The notes under the pieces are model-generated. The model had not been told where the DNA came from, made no database searches, and saw nothing but the letters and a program-made list of their open reading frames with translations. This document shows positions 29,915 to 42,642 of a stretch of DNA of 64,000 nt, in pieces. The position numbers and the translations under genes are program-made. Positions within the stretch are counted from its first letter, which is position 1. Each line of letters starts with the position of its first letter. This stretch comes from Caldimonas sp. GTDB lineage: Bacteria; Pseudomonadota; Gammaproteobacteria; Burkholderiales; Burkholderiaceae_C. The stretch covers positions 211-64,210 of the forward strand of contig DASXLD010000012.1 in the NCBI GenBank assembly GCA_036496385.1, in the 5' to 3' direction.

Positions 29915-30883
29915 TCACAGCCAGCGGGCGCGACGGAAGCGCCACCAGACGAAGAGGCAGGCCGCGGCGATGATGCCGAGCGCCGCCGGGTAGCCCCACG
30001 CCAGCTTCAGCTCGGGCATGTTCTGGAAGTTCATTCCCCAGACCCCGGCGAACGCGGTCGCGATCGCGAAGATGCCGGCCCAGGCGGCGAGCCGCTTCGT
30101 GATCTCGCTCTCCTCGATCGTCACCATCGAGAGGTTGACCTGGATCGCGGTGCCGATCGTGTCGCGCAGCGCATCGAGCGACGCGTTCATCCGCGTCAGG
30201 TGGTCGAAGACATCGCGGAAGTACTCCCGGTTGTTGCTGCACACCTGCGGCACGCGGCCGCTGATCAGCTTGGCAACCGCTTCCTGGAGCGGCGCGACCG
30301 CGTGCTTGACGACGCCGATCTTGCGCTTGAGCGCGTACAGGGTCTCGATGTTCGTGCGGCCCAGACGCGGCTCGAAGATCTGGTCCTCGATCGCCTCGAG
30401 GTCGGTTTCGAGGCTGTCGATGATCGGAAAGTAGCGGTCGACGACGGCATCCAGCAGCGCGTAGAAGACGAACGCCGGGCCGTGCCGCAGCAGGTGCGGC
30501 TCGCGCTCGGCACGGCGGCGTACGCCGAGGAAATCGCTCTGCGTTCGATTGCGCACCGAGAGGACGAAGTTCGGGCCGACGAAGACGTCGACCTCGCCGA
30601 CCGAAAGCGCGCCGTCCTTCATCGGCTCGACGGTGTGCAGAACGGCGAACAGCGTGTCGCCGTACTCCTCGATCTTCGGCCGCTGGTGGCCGTGGCGCGC
30701 GTCCTCGATCGCGAGATCGTGGAGCAAGAACTCCTTCTGCATCTCGGACAGCTCGTCGTCGCTCGCGTCCTTGAGGGCGACCCAGACGAAATAACCCGGG
30801 CGCGCGACGTAGTCGCTGATCTCGTCGACCGTGATGTCGGCGAGCTTGCTGCCGTCCTGGTAGGCCACGCAGTTGACGAGCAT
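29915..30883 (-). CDS. corA: Magnesium/cobalt transporter CorA
   Basis: MLVNCVAYQDG..., the GMNF motif (GVWGMNF) before the last TM. Confidence 0.9.
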   Translation of the reverse strand: MLVNCVAYQDGSKLADITVDEISDYVARPGYFVWVALKDASDDELSEMQKEFLLHDLAIEDARHGHQRPKIEEYGDTLFAVLHTVEPMKDGALSVGEVDVFVGPNFVLSVRNRTQSDFLGVRRRAEREPHLLRHGPAFVFYALLDAVVDRYFPIIDSLETDLEAIEDQIFEPRLGRTNIETLYALKRKIGVVKHAVAPLQEAVAKLISGRVPQVCSNNREYFRDVFDHLTRMNASLDALRDTIGTAIQVNLSMVTIEESEITKRLAAWAGIFAIATAFAGVWGMNFQNMPELKLAWGYPAALGIIAAACLFVWWRFRRARWL

Positions 30884-31029
30884 GCCGGGCCCTCGGAGCG
30901 TTGCGACGCGGCGATTCTAGGAGCGTGCGACCGCGCTCCGACGATGTGCGCCCAACATGTGTGGCGCGCACGTGCTCGACAGGAAAGCGGACGACACCGA
31001 TTGCTCGCCGCGGGCGGCGGCTCGCGCTC

Positions 31030-32283
31030 TCAGCGGCCGGCTGGCGCGACCGTGTCGCGGACGAGGAGCGGGCGCAATGCCCAGAGGCCGAGCAGCGGTC
31101 CCGGCGCGAGCAGCCAGACCGCCGACGTTCCCCAGGCCGACAAGGCATGGCCGAGGACGACGATGCTCGCGACCGTGATCGCGAAGCCGATGCCGTTCTG
31201 CGCCACCAGGGCGCTGCCGAGCCACTGCGGCGGCGCGTACTGCGCCGACATCGCCGAGAACTGCGGTGAATCGGCGACGACGCACAAGCCCCAGAAGAAG
31301 AGCGCTGCAATGCGAAGCGCGAGCCCCTGCTCGGGAAGGAGCGGATAGACGATGCACATCAGCCCCGAGCCGGCGAGCGCGAGCGCGGCGACGCGGGCGC
31401 TGCCGATGCGTCGGCTCCATTGCCCGCCGGCGATGCAGCCGACCGCGCCGACGGCGATCACGCCGAAGCTGAGCAGCGCGACCGAAGGCGCGTCGGTCGT
31501 GCCGACGCGGCGCGCGAGCTCGACGGCGATCGGCCGGCACAGCCACGGGACGACGCTCCAGAACGCATAGAGCTCCCACATGTGCCCGAAGTAGCCGAGC
31601 GCCGAGGCGCGAAAGCCGCGCACCGCGAACGCTTCACGCACGCCGCGAACGCCGGCGGCGACGGCGCCGCCGCCGCGCGCCGGCGGTGCGCCGTGCGGGC
31701 CGTCGCCGAGGGCGTGGACGACGAGCGCACCGACGATCGCGAGCGCCGACGACGCCAGCACCACCGCCTGCCACGGCCACGCGGCATCGCTCGCGCGGAT
31801 GCCGTGCGGCATCGCCGTGCCGAGCGTGAGCATGCCGACCAGCCAGCCGAGCGCAGCCGCGGGCCGGGCACCGACCCACTGGACGATCATCTTCATGCCG
31901 AGCGGGTAGATGCCGGCCAGGCAAAGGCCGACGGCGAAGCGCAGCAGCCAAGCAGAACCGTAGCCGACGCCGGGCAGGACGAGCGCGGCGTTGGCGGTGG
32001 CGCCGACGATGCAGCTCAGCGTGAAGATGCGGCTCGCGGCGAAGCGGTCGGCAGTGCCTGTCAAGGCGAAGCCGAAGGTGCCGGCGATGAAGCCGAGCTG
32101 AGTCGCGGCGATCAGCCAGGCAAAGCCCGCAGCGTCGATGCCGAGCCGCGCCATCAGGCCGTCGGCGGCGCCGCTCGGGCTGAACCAGAGCGAGGTACCG
32201 AGCCACTGCGCGACGACGACGAGCGCGAGCGCCGCCCGCACGCGGCCGAGCCCGATCGGCTGCGGGTCGGTCGTCGACGCCAT
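31030..32283 (-). CDS. MFS transporter
   Basis: About 12 hydrophobic segments. Starts 16 nt after the upstream PLP-enzyme gene's stop. Confidence 0.8.
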   Translation of the reverse strand: MASTTDPQPIGLGRVRAALALVVVAQWLGTSLWFSPSGAADGLMARLGIDAAGFAWLIAATQLGFIAGTFGFALTGTADRFAASRIFTLSCIVGATANAALVLPGVGYGSAWLLRFAVGLCLAGIYPLGMKMIVQWVGARPAAALGWLVGMLTLGTAMPHGIRASDAAWPWQAVVLASSALAIVGALVVHALGDGPHGAPPARGGGAVAAGVRGVREAFAVRGFRASALGYFGHMWELYAFWSVVPWLCRPIAVELARRVGTTDAPSVALLSFGVIAVGAVGCIAGGQWSRRIGSARVAALALAGSGLMCIVYPLLPEQGLALRIAALFFWGLCVVADSPQFSAMSAQYAPPQWLGSALVAQNGIGFAITVASIVVLGHALSAWGTSAVWLLAPGPLLGLWALRPLLVRDTVAPAGR

Positions 32284-32299
32284 CGCCGCGGCCGCGCCC

Positions 32300-33448
32300 T
32301 CAGGCCGCCGCGCGCTCGAGCGCTTGCGCGAGGTCGTCGATCAGGTCGTCGGGATGCTCGAGGCCGACCGAAACGCGCAGGAGGCCCTGCGGCGTGCGGC
32401 TCTCCGGCCCTTCGATCGATGCCCGGTGCTCGATCAGGCTCTCGACGCCGCCGAGGCTGGTCGCTCGGGTGAAGATCTCGACCGCAGCGGCGACCGCCAT
32501 CGCCGCGTCCTTGCCGCCGCGCACCTCGAACGACAGCATGCCGCCGAAGTCGCTCATCTGTCGCCGCGCGAGGGCGTGAAACGGGCTGCCGTCGAGGCCC
32601 GGGTAGTGGACCGCCGCGACCTGTGGATGGTCGTGCAGGAAGCCGGCGACGCGGCGCGCGTTGGCGCAATGCGCCCGCATTCGCGCCGGCAGCGTCGGCA
32701 GGCTCCGCATGACGAGCCAGCAGTCGAACGGCGACGGCACCGCGCCGCCGTAGAGCTGCGCGGTGCGGATGTCGGCGAAGGCGGCATCGTCGGCGCGGCT
32801 GACGACCGCGCCGCCGAGAACGTCGCTGCGGCCGCCGAGATACTTCGTCGTCGCATGCATGACGAGGTCGCAGCCGAGATCGAGCGGGCGCTGCAGCGCC
32901 GGCGATGCGAACGTGTTGTCGGCGACCGCGCGCGCACCGGCGCGATGCGCGATGTCCGCGGCCGCCTCGATGTCGACGCACTGCAGGAGCGGGTTCGACG
33001 GCGTCTCGATCCAGACGATGCGCGTCGTCGGCCGCAACGCGGCGGCGATCGCGTCGAGGTTCGTCATGTCGACGAAGCTCGCCTCCACCTGCCACTTCGC
33101 GAACAGATGCTTCAGCACGTTGGCGGTGCCGTGGTAGATGTCCCTCGGTGCGACGACGTGGTCGCCCGGGCCGAGGCCCTGGAAGATCGCGCTGACGCCG
33201 GCCAGGCCGGACGAGAACGCGGCGCCCGCGGCGCCGCCCTCGAGCGCTGCGAGCGCCGCCTCGAGGCCGTTGCGGTTCGGGTTGTGGTTGCGCGAATAGA
33301 CGAAGCCGTGCGGATACGCGCCGTCGGCGTCGCGCTCGAAGGTCGTCGACAGATGGATCGGCGCCGTCACCGCGCCGGTCGCCGGGTCGACGCCGTGTCC
33401 GGCGTGCACGGCGAGCGTCTCGAAGCGGCGCTTGCTGAGGTTCTTCAT
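32300..33448 (-). CDS. Cys/Met-metabolism PLP-dependent enzyme (cystathionine gamma-synthase/beta-lyase family)
   Basis: ATG at 33448 follows GGAGGAAG. TLAVHAG, SRNHNPNR, PLP-lysine context HATTKYLGGRSD. Confidence 0.85.
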   Translation of the reverse strand: MKNLSKRRFETLAVHAGHGVDPATGAVTAPIHLSTTFERDADGAYPHGFVYSRNHNPNRNGLEAALAALEGGAAGAAFSSGLAGVSAIFQGLGPGDHVVAPRDIYHGTANVLKHLFAKWQVEASFVDMTNLDAIAAALRPTTRIVWIETPSNPLLQCVDIEAAADIAHRAGARAVADNTFASPALQRPLDLGCDLVMHATTKYLGGRSDVLGGAVVSRADDAAFADIRTAQLYGGAVPSPFDCWLVMRSLPTLPARMRAHCANARRVAGFLHDHPQVAAVHYPGLDGSPFHALARRQMSDFGGMLSFEVRGGKDAAMAVAAAVEIFTRATSLGGVESLIEHRASIEGPESRTPQGLLRVSVGLEHPDDLIDDLAQALERAAA

Positions 33449-33525
33449 CGCTTCCTCCGATGCGTGAGGGAAGTCTATGCGTTGCCGCGCGTATCCTTGG
33501 CCAGCACTCCGACCCGGGCTCCCGC

Positions 33526-34590
33526 ATGCGTTCCACGAAGCCGCCCGCGACCCGCGAGCATCATCCGTCGAAGCCCTCGCGCAGACGCGTCGCCGCAGCG
33601 GCGGCACCGGCAAGCAGCGGACATCGCGAGCCGCGGCCGGTGAGAACTGCCGCCCCGCTCGCGGCGCAGATCCCCTCGGGCAAGGACGCCGTGCTCGCGA
33701 TCGGCGACCGCGAGGTTCGCCTCACCAACCTCGACAAGCCGTTCTGGCCGGAGCTCGGCATCGCCAAGCGCGACCTGCTCCAGTACTACGCCGACGTCGC
33801 CCACGTGCTGCTGCCGCACCTCGCCGACCGGGCGATGGTGATGAAGCGCTACCCCGACGGCGCCGGCGGCGAGCCGTTCTTCATGAAGCGCGCGCCGTCG
33901 CCCCGGCCCGAGTGGATCGAGACCTGCGCGATCGCGCATGCGTCGGGCAACGTGATCGACTTCCCGATGATCCAGGACCTGGCGTCGCTGCTCTGGGTCG
34001 TCAACCTCGGCTGCATCGACCTCAACCCGTGGTACGCGCGCTGCGACGACGTCGACCGGCCCGACGTCCTGCACTTCGACCTCGATCCGGTACCCGGGGC
34101 GACGTTCGCAGGTGTCGTGGCGACGGCGCAGCTCGTCCGCACCGGCCTCGAGGGCCTCGGCATGGCGCCGATCGTCAAGACCACGGGATCGAAGGGGCTG
34201 CACGTCTACGTCGCCATCGTGCGCGGGCCGACGCAGAAGGATGTCTGGCGCTTCGCCAAGCGCTTCGCGTTCGACATCGCGGCGCTTCGCCCCGACGTCG
34301 TCACCGCCGAGTACCGCATCGCCAAGCGGCCGGCGGGAAGAACCCTCGTCGACTACAACCAGAATGCCTGGGGCAGGACGCTCGCGTCGGCCTACTCGCC
34401 GCGGCCGCGGCCGCTCGCGACGGTCTCGGCGCCGCTGACCTGGGACGAGCTCGAGCGCGGCGCGCGGATCGAGGACTTCGACCTGCGCAACATGCCGGCG
34501 CGCGTGGCCGCGGTCGGCGATCTGTGGGCGCCGATGCTCGCCGAGCGCGGCCGCTTCGATCTCGCGCCGCTGCTGGCGTCGATCCGCTGA
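33526..34590 (+). CDS. Stand-alone LigD-type primase-polymerase (NHEJ/AEP polymerase domain protein)
   Basis: RLTNLDKPFWP, catalytic HFDLDP, TTGSKGLHVYV, VDYNQN. It has no ligase module. The start is uncertain (33526 ATG preferred over 33460). Confidence 0.85.
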   Translation: MRSTKPPATREHHPSKPSRRRVAAAAAPASSGHREPRPVRTAAPLAAQIPSGKDAVLAIGDREVRLTNLDKPFWPELGIAKRDLLQYYADVAHVLLPHLADRAMVMKRYPDGAGGEPFFMKRAPSPRPEWIETCAIAHASGNVIDFPMIQDLASLLWVVNLGCIDLNPWYARCDDVDRPDVLHFDLDPVPGATFAGVVATAQLVRTGLEGLGMAPIVKTTGSKGLHVYVAIVRGPTQKDVWRFAKRFAFDIAALRPDVVTAEYRIAKRPAGRTLVDYNQNAWGRTLASAYSPRPRPLATVSAPLTWDELERGARIEDFDLRNMPARVAAVGDLWAPMLAERGRFDLAPLLASIR

Positions 34591-34599
34591 GCCGCCCGG

Positions 34600-37407
<2,808 letters not shown>

Positions 37408-37414
37408 GCAAGCG

Positions 37415-38641
37415 TCAGCGCAGCGCGTCGACGGCGCCGGCCAGCCGCTCGAGATCGGTCGGCTCGTTGTAGACCTGCAGCGAGACGCGCACCCAGAGCG
37501 CGCCGGCGCGAGAGATCACCGGCACCTCGATCGCGTGGCGCTCGAGGAGCTCATCGCGCAGGCGTTGCGCAGTGGCCGGGTCGCCGGTGCCGAATCGCTC
37601 GGGCAGCGGCACCGTGACCATGCAGCCGACCATCGATTGCGGAGTCGTCCAGCTGCGCCGCCAGTGCCGCGTCAGCATTTCCGCGCTCTCGAGCGCGAGG
37701 GCGTGGTTGTGGCCGCGCATCGCTTCGACACCGAGGACGTCGCGCATGAAATCGAGCGCCGCCGGCGCGGCGAGCCAGGGCGAAGGGTCGCGCGTGCCGG
37801 TCCAGTCGAACTCCTGCAGCCAGTCGCCGCTCGTCACTCCCCACGACAGCACGCCCGGATGGAGATCGCGGCGGCGGTCGGGCGCGGCCCAGAGAACGCC
37901 GCAGCTGCGCGGCGCGAAGGCCCACTTGTGGAGATTGGCGGCGTACCAGTCGACGCCGAGCGCTGCGATGTCGACGTCGATCGCTCCCGGCGCGTGCGCA
38001 CCGTCGACGAGCACGGCGACGCCGCGGGCGCGGCACGCCGCCGCCATCTCGGCGAGCGGCAGGACGAGCGCCGTCTCCGACGTGACGTGATCGAGCAGCG
38101 CGATGCGCGTGCGCGGCGTGATCGCGCGCTCGAGCGCACGCACGCAATCGGCCGGATCGTGGACCGGAAACGGCAGCGCGACGCTGGCGAGCGTCGCGCC
38201 GCGTGCCCGGGCGATGAACGCGGCCGCGCGCACGATGCCGCCATAGGCGTGGTCGTGGACGAGGATCTCGTCGCCAGGCTGCAGCGCGAACGAGCGCAGC
38301 ACGGCGTTGACGCCAGCGCTGGCGTTGTCGACGAAGACGAGGCCGTCGCGGTCGACGCCGAGGAAGCGCGCGACCTCGTCGGCGGCACCGCGCAGGCGCG
38401 GCGCCCGCGGTGGCGGCGTCAGGCCGAGATGCATCAGCTCGCGAATCATGAAGCGCGCCGGGTGGCGCTCGATCTCGTCGAGCAGCGCGCTGCGCGCGCG
38501 CAAGACCACGTTCGGCGTGACGCCGACCGTGCCGTGGTTCAGATAGACCGCGCCGGCCTCGAGCGGAAAGTGAGCGAGCATCGCGCGCCCGAAGCGCGCC
38601 GGCGGGATTGCGGTGGCGGGCAGCGGAGCCATCGCCTCCAT
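37415..38641 (-). CDS. Class V aminotransferase-fold PLP enzyme (isopenicillin-N-epimerase/cysteine-desulfurase-like)
   Basis: YLNHGTVG, VDGAHAPG, ANLHKW (PLP-lysine context). Ends 7 nt before the kinase start. Confidence 0.8.
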   Translation of the reverse strand: MEAMAPLPATAIPPARFGRAMLAHFPLEAGAVYLNHGTVGVTPNVVLRARSALLDEIERHPARFMIRELMHLGLTPPPRAPRLRGAADEVARFLGVDRDGLVFVDNASAGVNAVLRSFALQPGDEILVHDHAYGGIVRAAAFIARARGATLASVALPFPVHDPADCVRALERAITPRTRIALLDHVTSETALVLPLAEMAAACRARGVAVLVDGAHAPGAIDVDIAALGVDWYAANLHKWAFAPRSCGVLWAAPDRRRDLHPGVLSWGVTSGDWLQEFDWTGTRDPSPWLAAPAALDFMRDVLGVEAMRGHNHALALESAEMLTRHWRRSWTTPQSMVGCMVTVPLPERFGTGDPATAQRLRDELLERHAIEVPVISRAGALWVRVSLQVYNEPTDLERLAGAVDALR

Positions 38642-38699
38642 TGTGGGGCGATCGCTCCGGCCGCCGTCGCCGTCGTGTCGCGCCGCTCGCGGGCCGGCG

Positions 38700-38981
38700 T
38701 CAGCCGGTCCGCCCGGCTTGCTCCATCAGCTGGTGGTAGTCGTCATGGGCACGCGCCAGGCACGCTTGGCGGGCGCTCCGGTCATGGTCCTTCGCGCAAT
38801 CGCGCTTGGCGTCGGCGAGCACGGCGGCCGCCTCGTGGCGCGCCGCCTGCGGGCTCTCCCGGGTCGGCTCCATGCTGCCGACGACGATCCTGCTCTGGCT
38901 GACATTGCCGGCAGCGACCGCTGGAGTCGCCTGGGCGGCGACGCCGACGACCAGCGCCACGGCGATGATCGAGATCTTCAC
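38700..38981 (-). CDS. Small secreted hypothetical protein (93 aa)
   Basis: GTG follows AAGGAG with a 6-nt spacer. Signal peptide VKISIIAVALVVGVAAQA. Two Cys residues. Confidence 0.55.
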   Translation of the reverse strand: MKISIIAVALVVGVAAQATPAVAAGNVSQSRIVVGSMEPTRESPQAARHEAAAVLADAKRDCAKDHDRSARQACLARAHDDYHQLMEQAGRTG

Positions 38982-39064
38982 TCTTGGCTCCTTCGCAAAA
39001 TGCGCCCGATCGGGCTGGACGGGTTCGATCGCGAACGCGCAGCCGAGTTCAGTCCGACCAGCGC

Positions 39065-39835
39065 TCAGCCGCGCGTGAGCCTCAGCCCGGCATCGAGGAG
39101 CAGGATCTCGCCGGTCGTCTTGGCCGCCGAAGCACCGAGGAACCAGGCCGCTTCGGCGACGTCCTCGGGGCTGATCACCGCGTCGAGCGCGGCGCGCGCG
39201 CGATAGCCCTGCACCGTCTGCGCGTAGCGCTCGGCGCCGAGCCCTTTCTGCAGCCACGGCGTCTCGACCAGGCCGGGAGCGATCGCGTTGACGCGGACCT
39301 GCGGCCCGAGCGCGCGCGCAAGGCCGACCGTGAGGGCGTTGAGAGCGCCCTTGCTCGCCATGTAGGCAAGCGACGATCCGGTCCCCATCAGCGCGGCGAT
39401 CGACGAGATGTTGACGATCGCCGCGCCGGGCCGGCGTGCCAGCATCGGCTGCAGCGCCCGCACCATCTGATAGGCGCCGACCACGTTGACGCCGTAGATG
39501 CGATGAAAGTCGTCGGCGTCGAGGCCGTCGAGGTCCTTGGCGGCGACGAACTTCGTCGTCCCGGCGTTGTTGACGAGCACGTCGGCACGGCCGAAGCGCT
39601 GCTCGACCTCGGCCGCGAGACGGCGGCAGTCGGCGTCGGCGGCGATGTCGGCGCGAACGACGAGCGCGTCGGCGCCGAGCGCACGACATTCGGCAGCGAC
39701 GGCCTCGGCGGGGGCAGCTTCGCGCGAGTAGTTGACGACGACGTTCCAGCCGTTGCTGGCGTAGAGGCGCACCGTCGCGGCGCCGATGCCCGACGATGAT
39801 CCCGTGACGACGCAGACCTTGCGTTCGCTGTCCAT
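39065..39835 (-). CDS. Short-chain dehydrogenase/reductase
   Basis: ATG follows AAGGAG. VTGSSSGIGAA, NNAG, YMASKGA. Confidence 0.85.
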   Translation of the reverse strand: MDSERKVCVVTGSSSGIGAATVRLYASNGWNVVVNYSREAAPAEAVAAECRALGADALVVRADIAADADCRRLAAEVEQRFGRADVLVNNAGTTKFVAAKDLDGLDADDFHRIYGVNVVGAYQMVRALQPMLARRPGAAIVNISSIAALMGTGSSLAYMASKGALNALTVGLARALGPQVRVNAIAPGLVETPWLQKGLGAERYAQTVQGYRARAALDAVISPEDVAEAAWFLGASAAKTTGEILLLDAGLRLTRG

Positions 39836-39956
39836 GACGCTCCTTTCGCGACGGCCTCCCCGCGCCGCGCCGCATTGTCGCTGCCCCTCCCCTCGACGAC
39901 GGATGACGCGGCGCGCCTGCGCACCCACCATGGCAGCGTTCCAGGAGGAGGTCCGG

Positions 39957-40274
39957 ATGCATAAGTTCCTGCCCTGCCCGCTCGCGCTGCTGTGCGCAGC
40001 GGCCCTTGCCCAAGGCGCTCTGCCGACCGAATTTCCGGCCGCGAGCCGGCCAGTCGCGGCCGCGTCGCTCAAGGAGTCGCTCGCCGGCAAGACTTTCAAC
40101 GTCGACTTGGCCGACGGCACCCGCTGGCGGCTCGAATACTGGCGTGCTGACGACTCGCGTCTCTGCACGCGGCTGCGCGGCGCTGAGATGTCGTGCAACG
40201 AAGTGCGTGACGCCGGCGGGCTGCTCTATCTGAAGCGCGGCAGCGGCGAGGTGATTGCGCTGCAGCCGCGCTGA
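39957..40274 (+). CDS. Small secreted hypothetical protein (105 aa)
   Basis: ATG follows AGGAGGAGG. Signal peptide MHKFLPCPLALLCAAALAQG. Confidence 0.55.
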   Translation: MHKFLPCPLALLCAAALAQGALPTEFPAASRPVAAASLKESLAGKTFNVDLADGTRWRLEYWRADDSRLCTRLRGAEMSCNEVRDAGGLLYLKRGSGEVIALQPR

Positions 40275-40279
40275 GACGC

Positions 40280-40296
40280 GAGCGCCCGCGGCGCTC
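40280..40296. terminator. GC-rich hairpin between convergent genes
   Basis: GAGCGCC-cgc-GGCGCTC gives a perfect 7-bp stem. It overlaps the aldo/keto reductase stop. No T-tract. Confidence 0.25.
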
Positions 40297-41356
40297 AGGC
40301 AGCGCCGCGATCGCGGCGCGCCTGCGCCAGCTGTTTGCGCCGAACCTCGCCCTGGCGCGTGAACATCCAGCCCGGGTACTCGGCCGGCAACTGGCTGGCG
40401 TCGCCGAGACGCGCGAGCTCGTCGGCGCCGAGCTCGACCGCGACGGCGCCGATGTTGTCGGCGAGTTGCTCGGCCTTCTTGGCGCCGATGATGACGCTCG
40501 TCACTGCCGGCTGGTGCAGCAGCCACGCCAGCGCGATCTGCGCGACCGAGACGCCGCGCGCCGTCGCGATCGTGCGCATGACGTCGATGCAGTCGAAGGC
40601 GCGTTCCTTGGCGAGCGGCGGAAAGTCGAACGCGGTGCGCCGGCTGCCCGCCTCGCCCTGCTGATCGCGGCCGTACTTGCCGCTCAAAAAGCCCCCCGCG
40701 AGCGGGCTCCAGACGAGCAGGCCGAGGCCCTCGCTCTGCAGCATCGGCACCAGCTCGCGCTCGAGGTCGCGGCCGGCGATCGTGTAGTACGCCTGCAGGC
40801 TCTCGAAACGGGCGAGGCCGAGCCGCTCCGAGATCCCGATCGCCTTCATGATCTGCCAGGCGGCCCAGTTCGAGACGCCGACGTAGCGGACGTGGCCGTG
40901 CTCGACCAGGGTGTCGAGCGCGCGAACGGTCTCTTCGATCGGCGTCGCCGGGTCGAAGCCGTGGATCTGGTAGAGGTCGACGTGATCGAGCTGCAATCGG
41001 CGCAGGCTCTCCTTCAGCGCCGCAACGATGTGGCTTCGGGTCGCGCCACGCATGTTGGCGCCGGGGCCGGTCTCGCCGAACGCCTTGGTCGCGACGACGA
41101 CGCTCTCGCGCGCCACCTTCAGATTCTTCAGTGCCTGGCCGGTGATCTCCTCCGAGCGGCCGCCTGCGTAGACGTCGGCGGTGTCGATGAAGTTGATGCC
41201 GGCGTCGAGCGCGCTGCCGACGATGCGTTCGGCGTCGTCCTGCTGCAGGCGGCCGATGCGGCCCCAGATGCCGTCGTCGCCGCCGCCGAAGGTCATCGTG
41301 CCGAGGCAGAGCTCGGAGACAAACAGGCCGGTGCGGCCGAGTGGGTTGAGCTTCAT
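40295..41356 (-). CDS. Aldo/keto reductase
   Basis: ATG at 41356 follows [41 protein letters not shown]. Confidence 0.9.
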   Translation of the reverse strand: MKLNPLGRTGLFVSELCLGTMTFGGGDDGIWGRIGRLQQDDAERIVGSALDAGINFIDTADVYAGGRSEEITGQALKNLKVARESVVVATKAFGETGPGANMRGATRSHIVAALKESLRRLQLDHVDLYQIHGFDPATPIEETVRALDTLVEHGHVRYVGVSNWAAWQIMKAIGISERLGLARFESLQAYYTIAGRDLERELVPMLQSEGLGLLVWSPLAGGFLSGKYGRDQQGEAGSRRTAFDFPPLAKERAFDCIDVMRTIATARGVSVAQIALAWLLHQPAVTSVIIGAKKAEQLADNIGAVAVELGADELARLGDASQLPAEYPGWMFTRQGEVRRKQLAQARRDRGAA

Positions 41357-41397
41357 CGCGATCTCCTTGCGTGGTCTCGGGGTGGCGGTCCGGCGCG

Positions 41398-42513
41398 TCA
41401 GCGGGCGCCGAACGAGGCGTTCTCGAACAGATCCTTGTACTGGCGCGGCTGCGAGCGCCAGTACTGATGCGGCGCGACGACGCGTGCGCCGAGCTTCGCT
41501 GCCGCGTGCCACGGCCAGCGCGGGTCGTACAACATCGCGCGAGCGAGCGAGACGGCGTCGGCCTCGCCGCTGGCGACGATCGCCTCCGCCTGCTCGGCCT
41601 CGGTGATGAGGCCGACCGCGATCGTCGGCAGGCCGACCTCGGCCTTGACTCGCGCCGCGAACGGAACCTGGTAGCCCGGGCCGAGCCGGATCGCCTGCTG
41701 CGGCGAGACGCCGCCGCTCGAGACGTGGATCGCTGCGCAGCCGCGTGCCTTCAGCGCCCCTGCGAAGGCGACGGTGCCGTCGATGTCCCAGCCGTCCGGC
41801 ACCCAGTCGGTCGCCGAGACGCGTGCCCAGACCGGCCTCTCGGCCGCGAACGCGGCACGGACGACGTCGAAGATCTCGAGCGGAAAGCGCATCCGGTTCT
41901 CGAGGCTGCCGCCGTAGGCGTCGCTGCGCTTGTTGGCGATCGGCGAGAGGAACTGGTGCAAGAGGTAGCCGTGGGCAGCATGGATCTCGACGCCGTCGAT
42001 GCCGAGCCGCGCCGCCCGCGCGGCGGCGCGCGCGAAGTCGGCGCGGATCTTCGCCAGGCCCGCGGCATCGAGCGCGGCCGGCAACTGTTCGCCGGCCGCA
42101 TGCGGCACGGCCGACGGCGCGACCGTCTGCCAGCCGCCGGGCTCGCCGATCGGCACCTGCGCGCCGCCCTGCCACGGTGCTCGGCTCGACGCCTTGCGGC
42201 CGGCGTGGGCCAGCTGCATGCCGATCGCGATCGGCGCATGGACGCGCACGGCAGCGAGGACGCGCGCGAGCGCCGCCTCGTTGGCGTCGCTGTAGAGGCC
42301 GAGGTCGACGGCCGTGATGCGACCCTCGGGCGAGACGGCGGTCGCCTCGACGATCAGCAGACCGGCGCCCGAGAGCGCGAGGTGGCCGAGGTGGATCAGG
42401 TGCCAGTCCGTTGCCGAGCCCTCGCTCGCCGAGTACTGGCACATCGGCGCGACGACGATGCGGTTGGCAAGGCGAAGCGCGCCGATCTCGATCGGCTCGA
42501 ACAGGTGGCTCAT
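41398..42513 (-). CDS. NADH:flavin oxidoreductase, Old Yellow Enzyme family
   Basis: MSHLFEPIEIGALRLANRIVVAPMCQY, MQLAHAGRK, EIHAAHGYLLHQFLSP. Confidence 0.9.
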   Translation of the reverse strand: MSHLFEPIEIGALRLANRIVVAPMCQYSASEGSATDWHLIHLGHLALSGAGLLIVEATAVSPEGRITAVDLGLYSDANEAALARVLAAVRVHAPIAIGMQLAHAGRKASSRAPWQGGAQVPIGEPGGWQTVAPSAVPHAAGEQLPAALDAAGLAKIRADFARAAARAARLGIDGVEIHAAHGYLLHQFLSPIANKRSDAYGGSLENRMRFPLEIFDVVRAAFAAERPVWARVSATDWVPDGWDIDGTVAFAGALKARGCAAIHVSSGGVSPQQAIRLGPGYQVPFAARVKAEVGLPTIAVGLITEAEQAEAIVASGEADAVSLARAMLYDPRWPWHAAAKLGARVVAPHQYWRSQPRQYKDLFENASFGAR

Positions 42514-42642
42514 GATGCGCGGCGGCACGGCGTGGGAGTGCGACGAGGATACGGCCGCGCGCCGGGTCTCGTGCCGCCCGCGTCGGCATCGCCACGCGGC
42601 CAGTCGTGGCGGCGACGATCCGCTTCGCTCGGCAAGCCCGCG

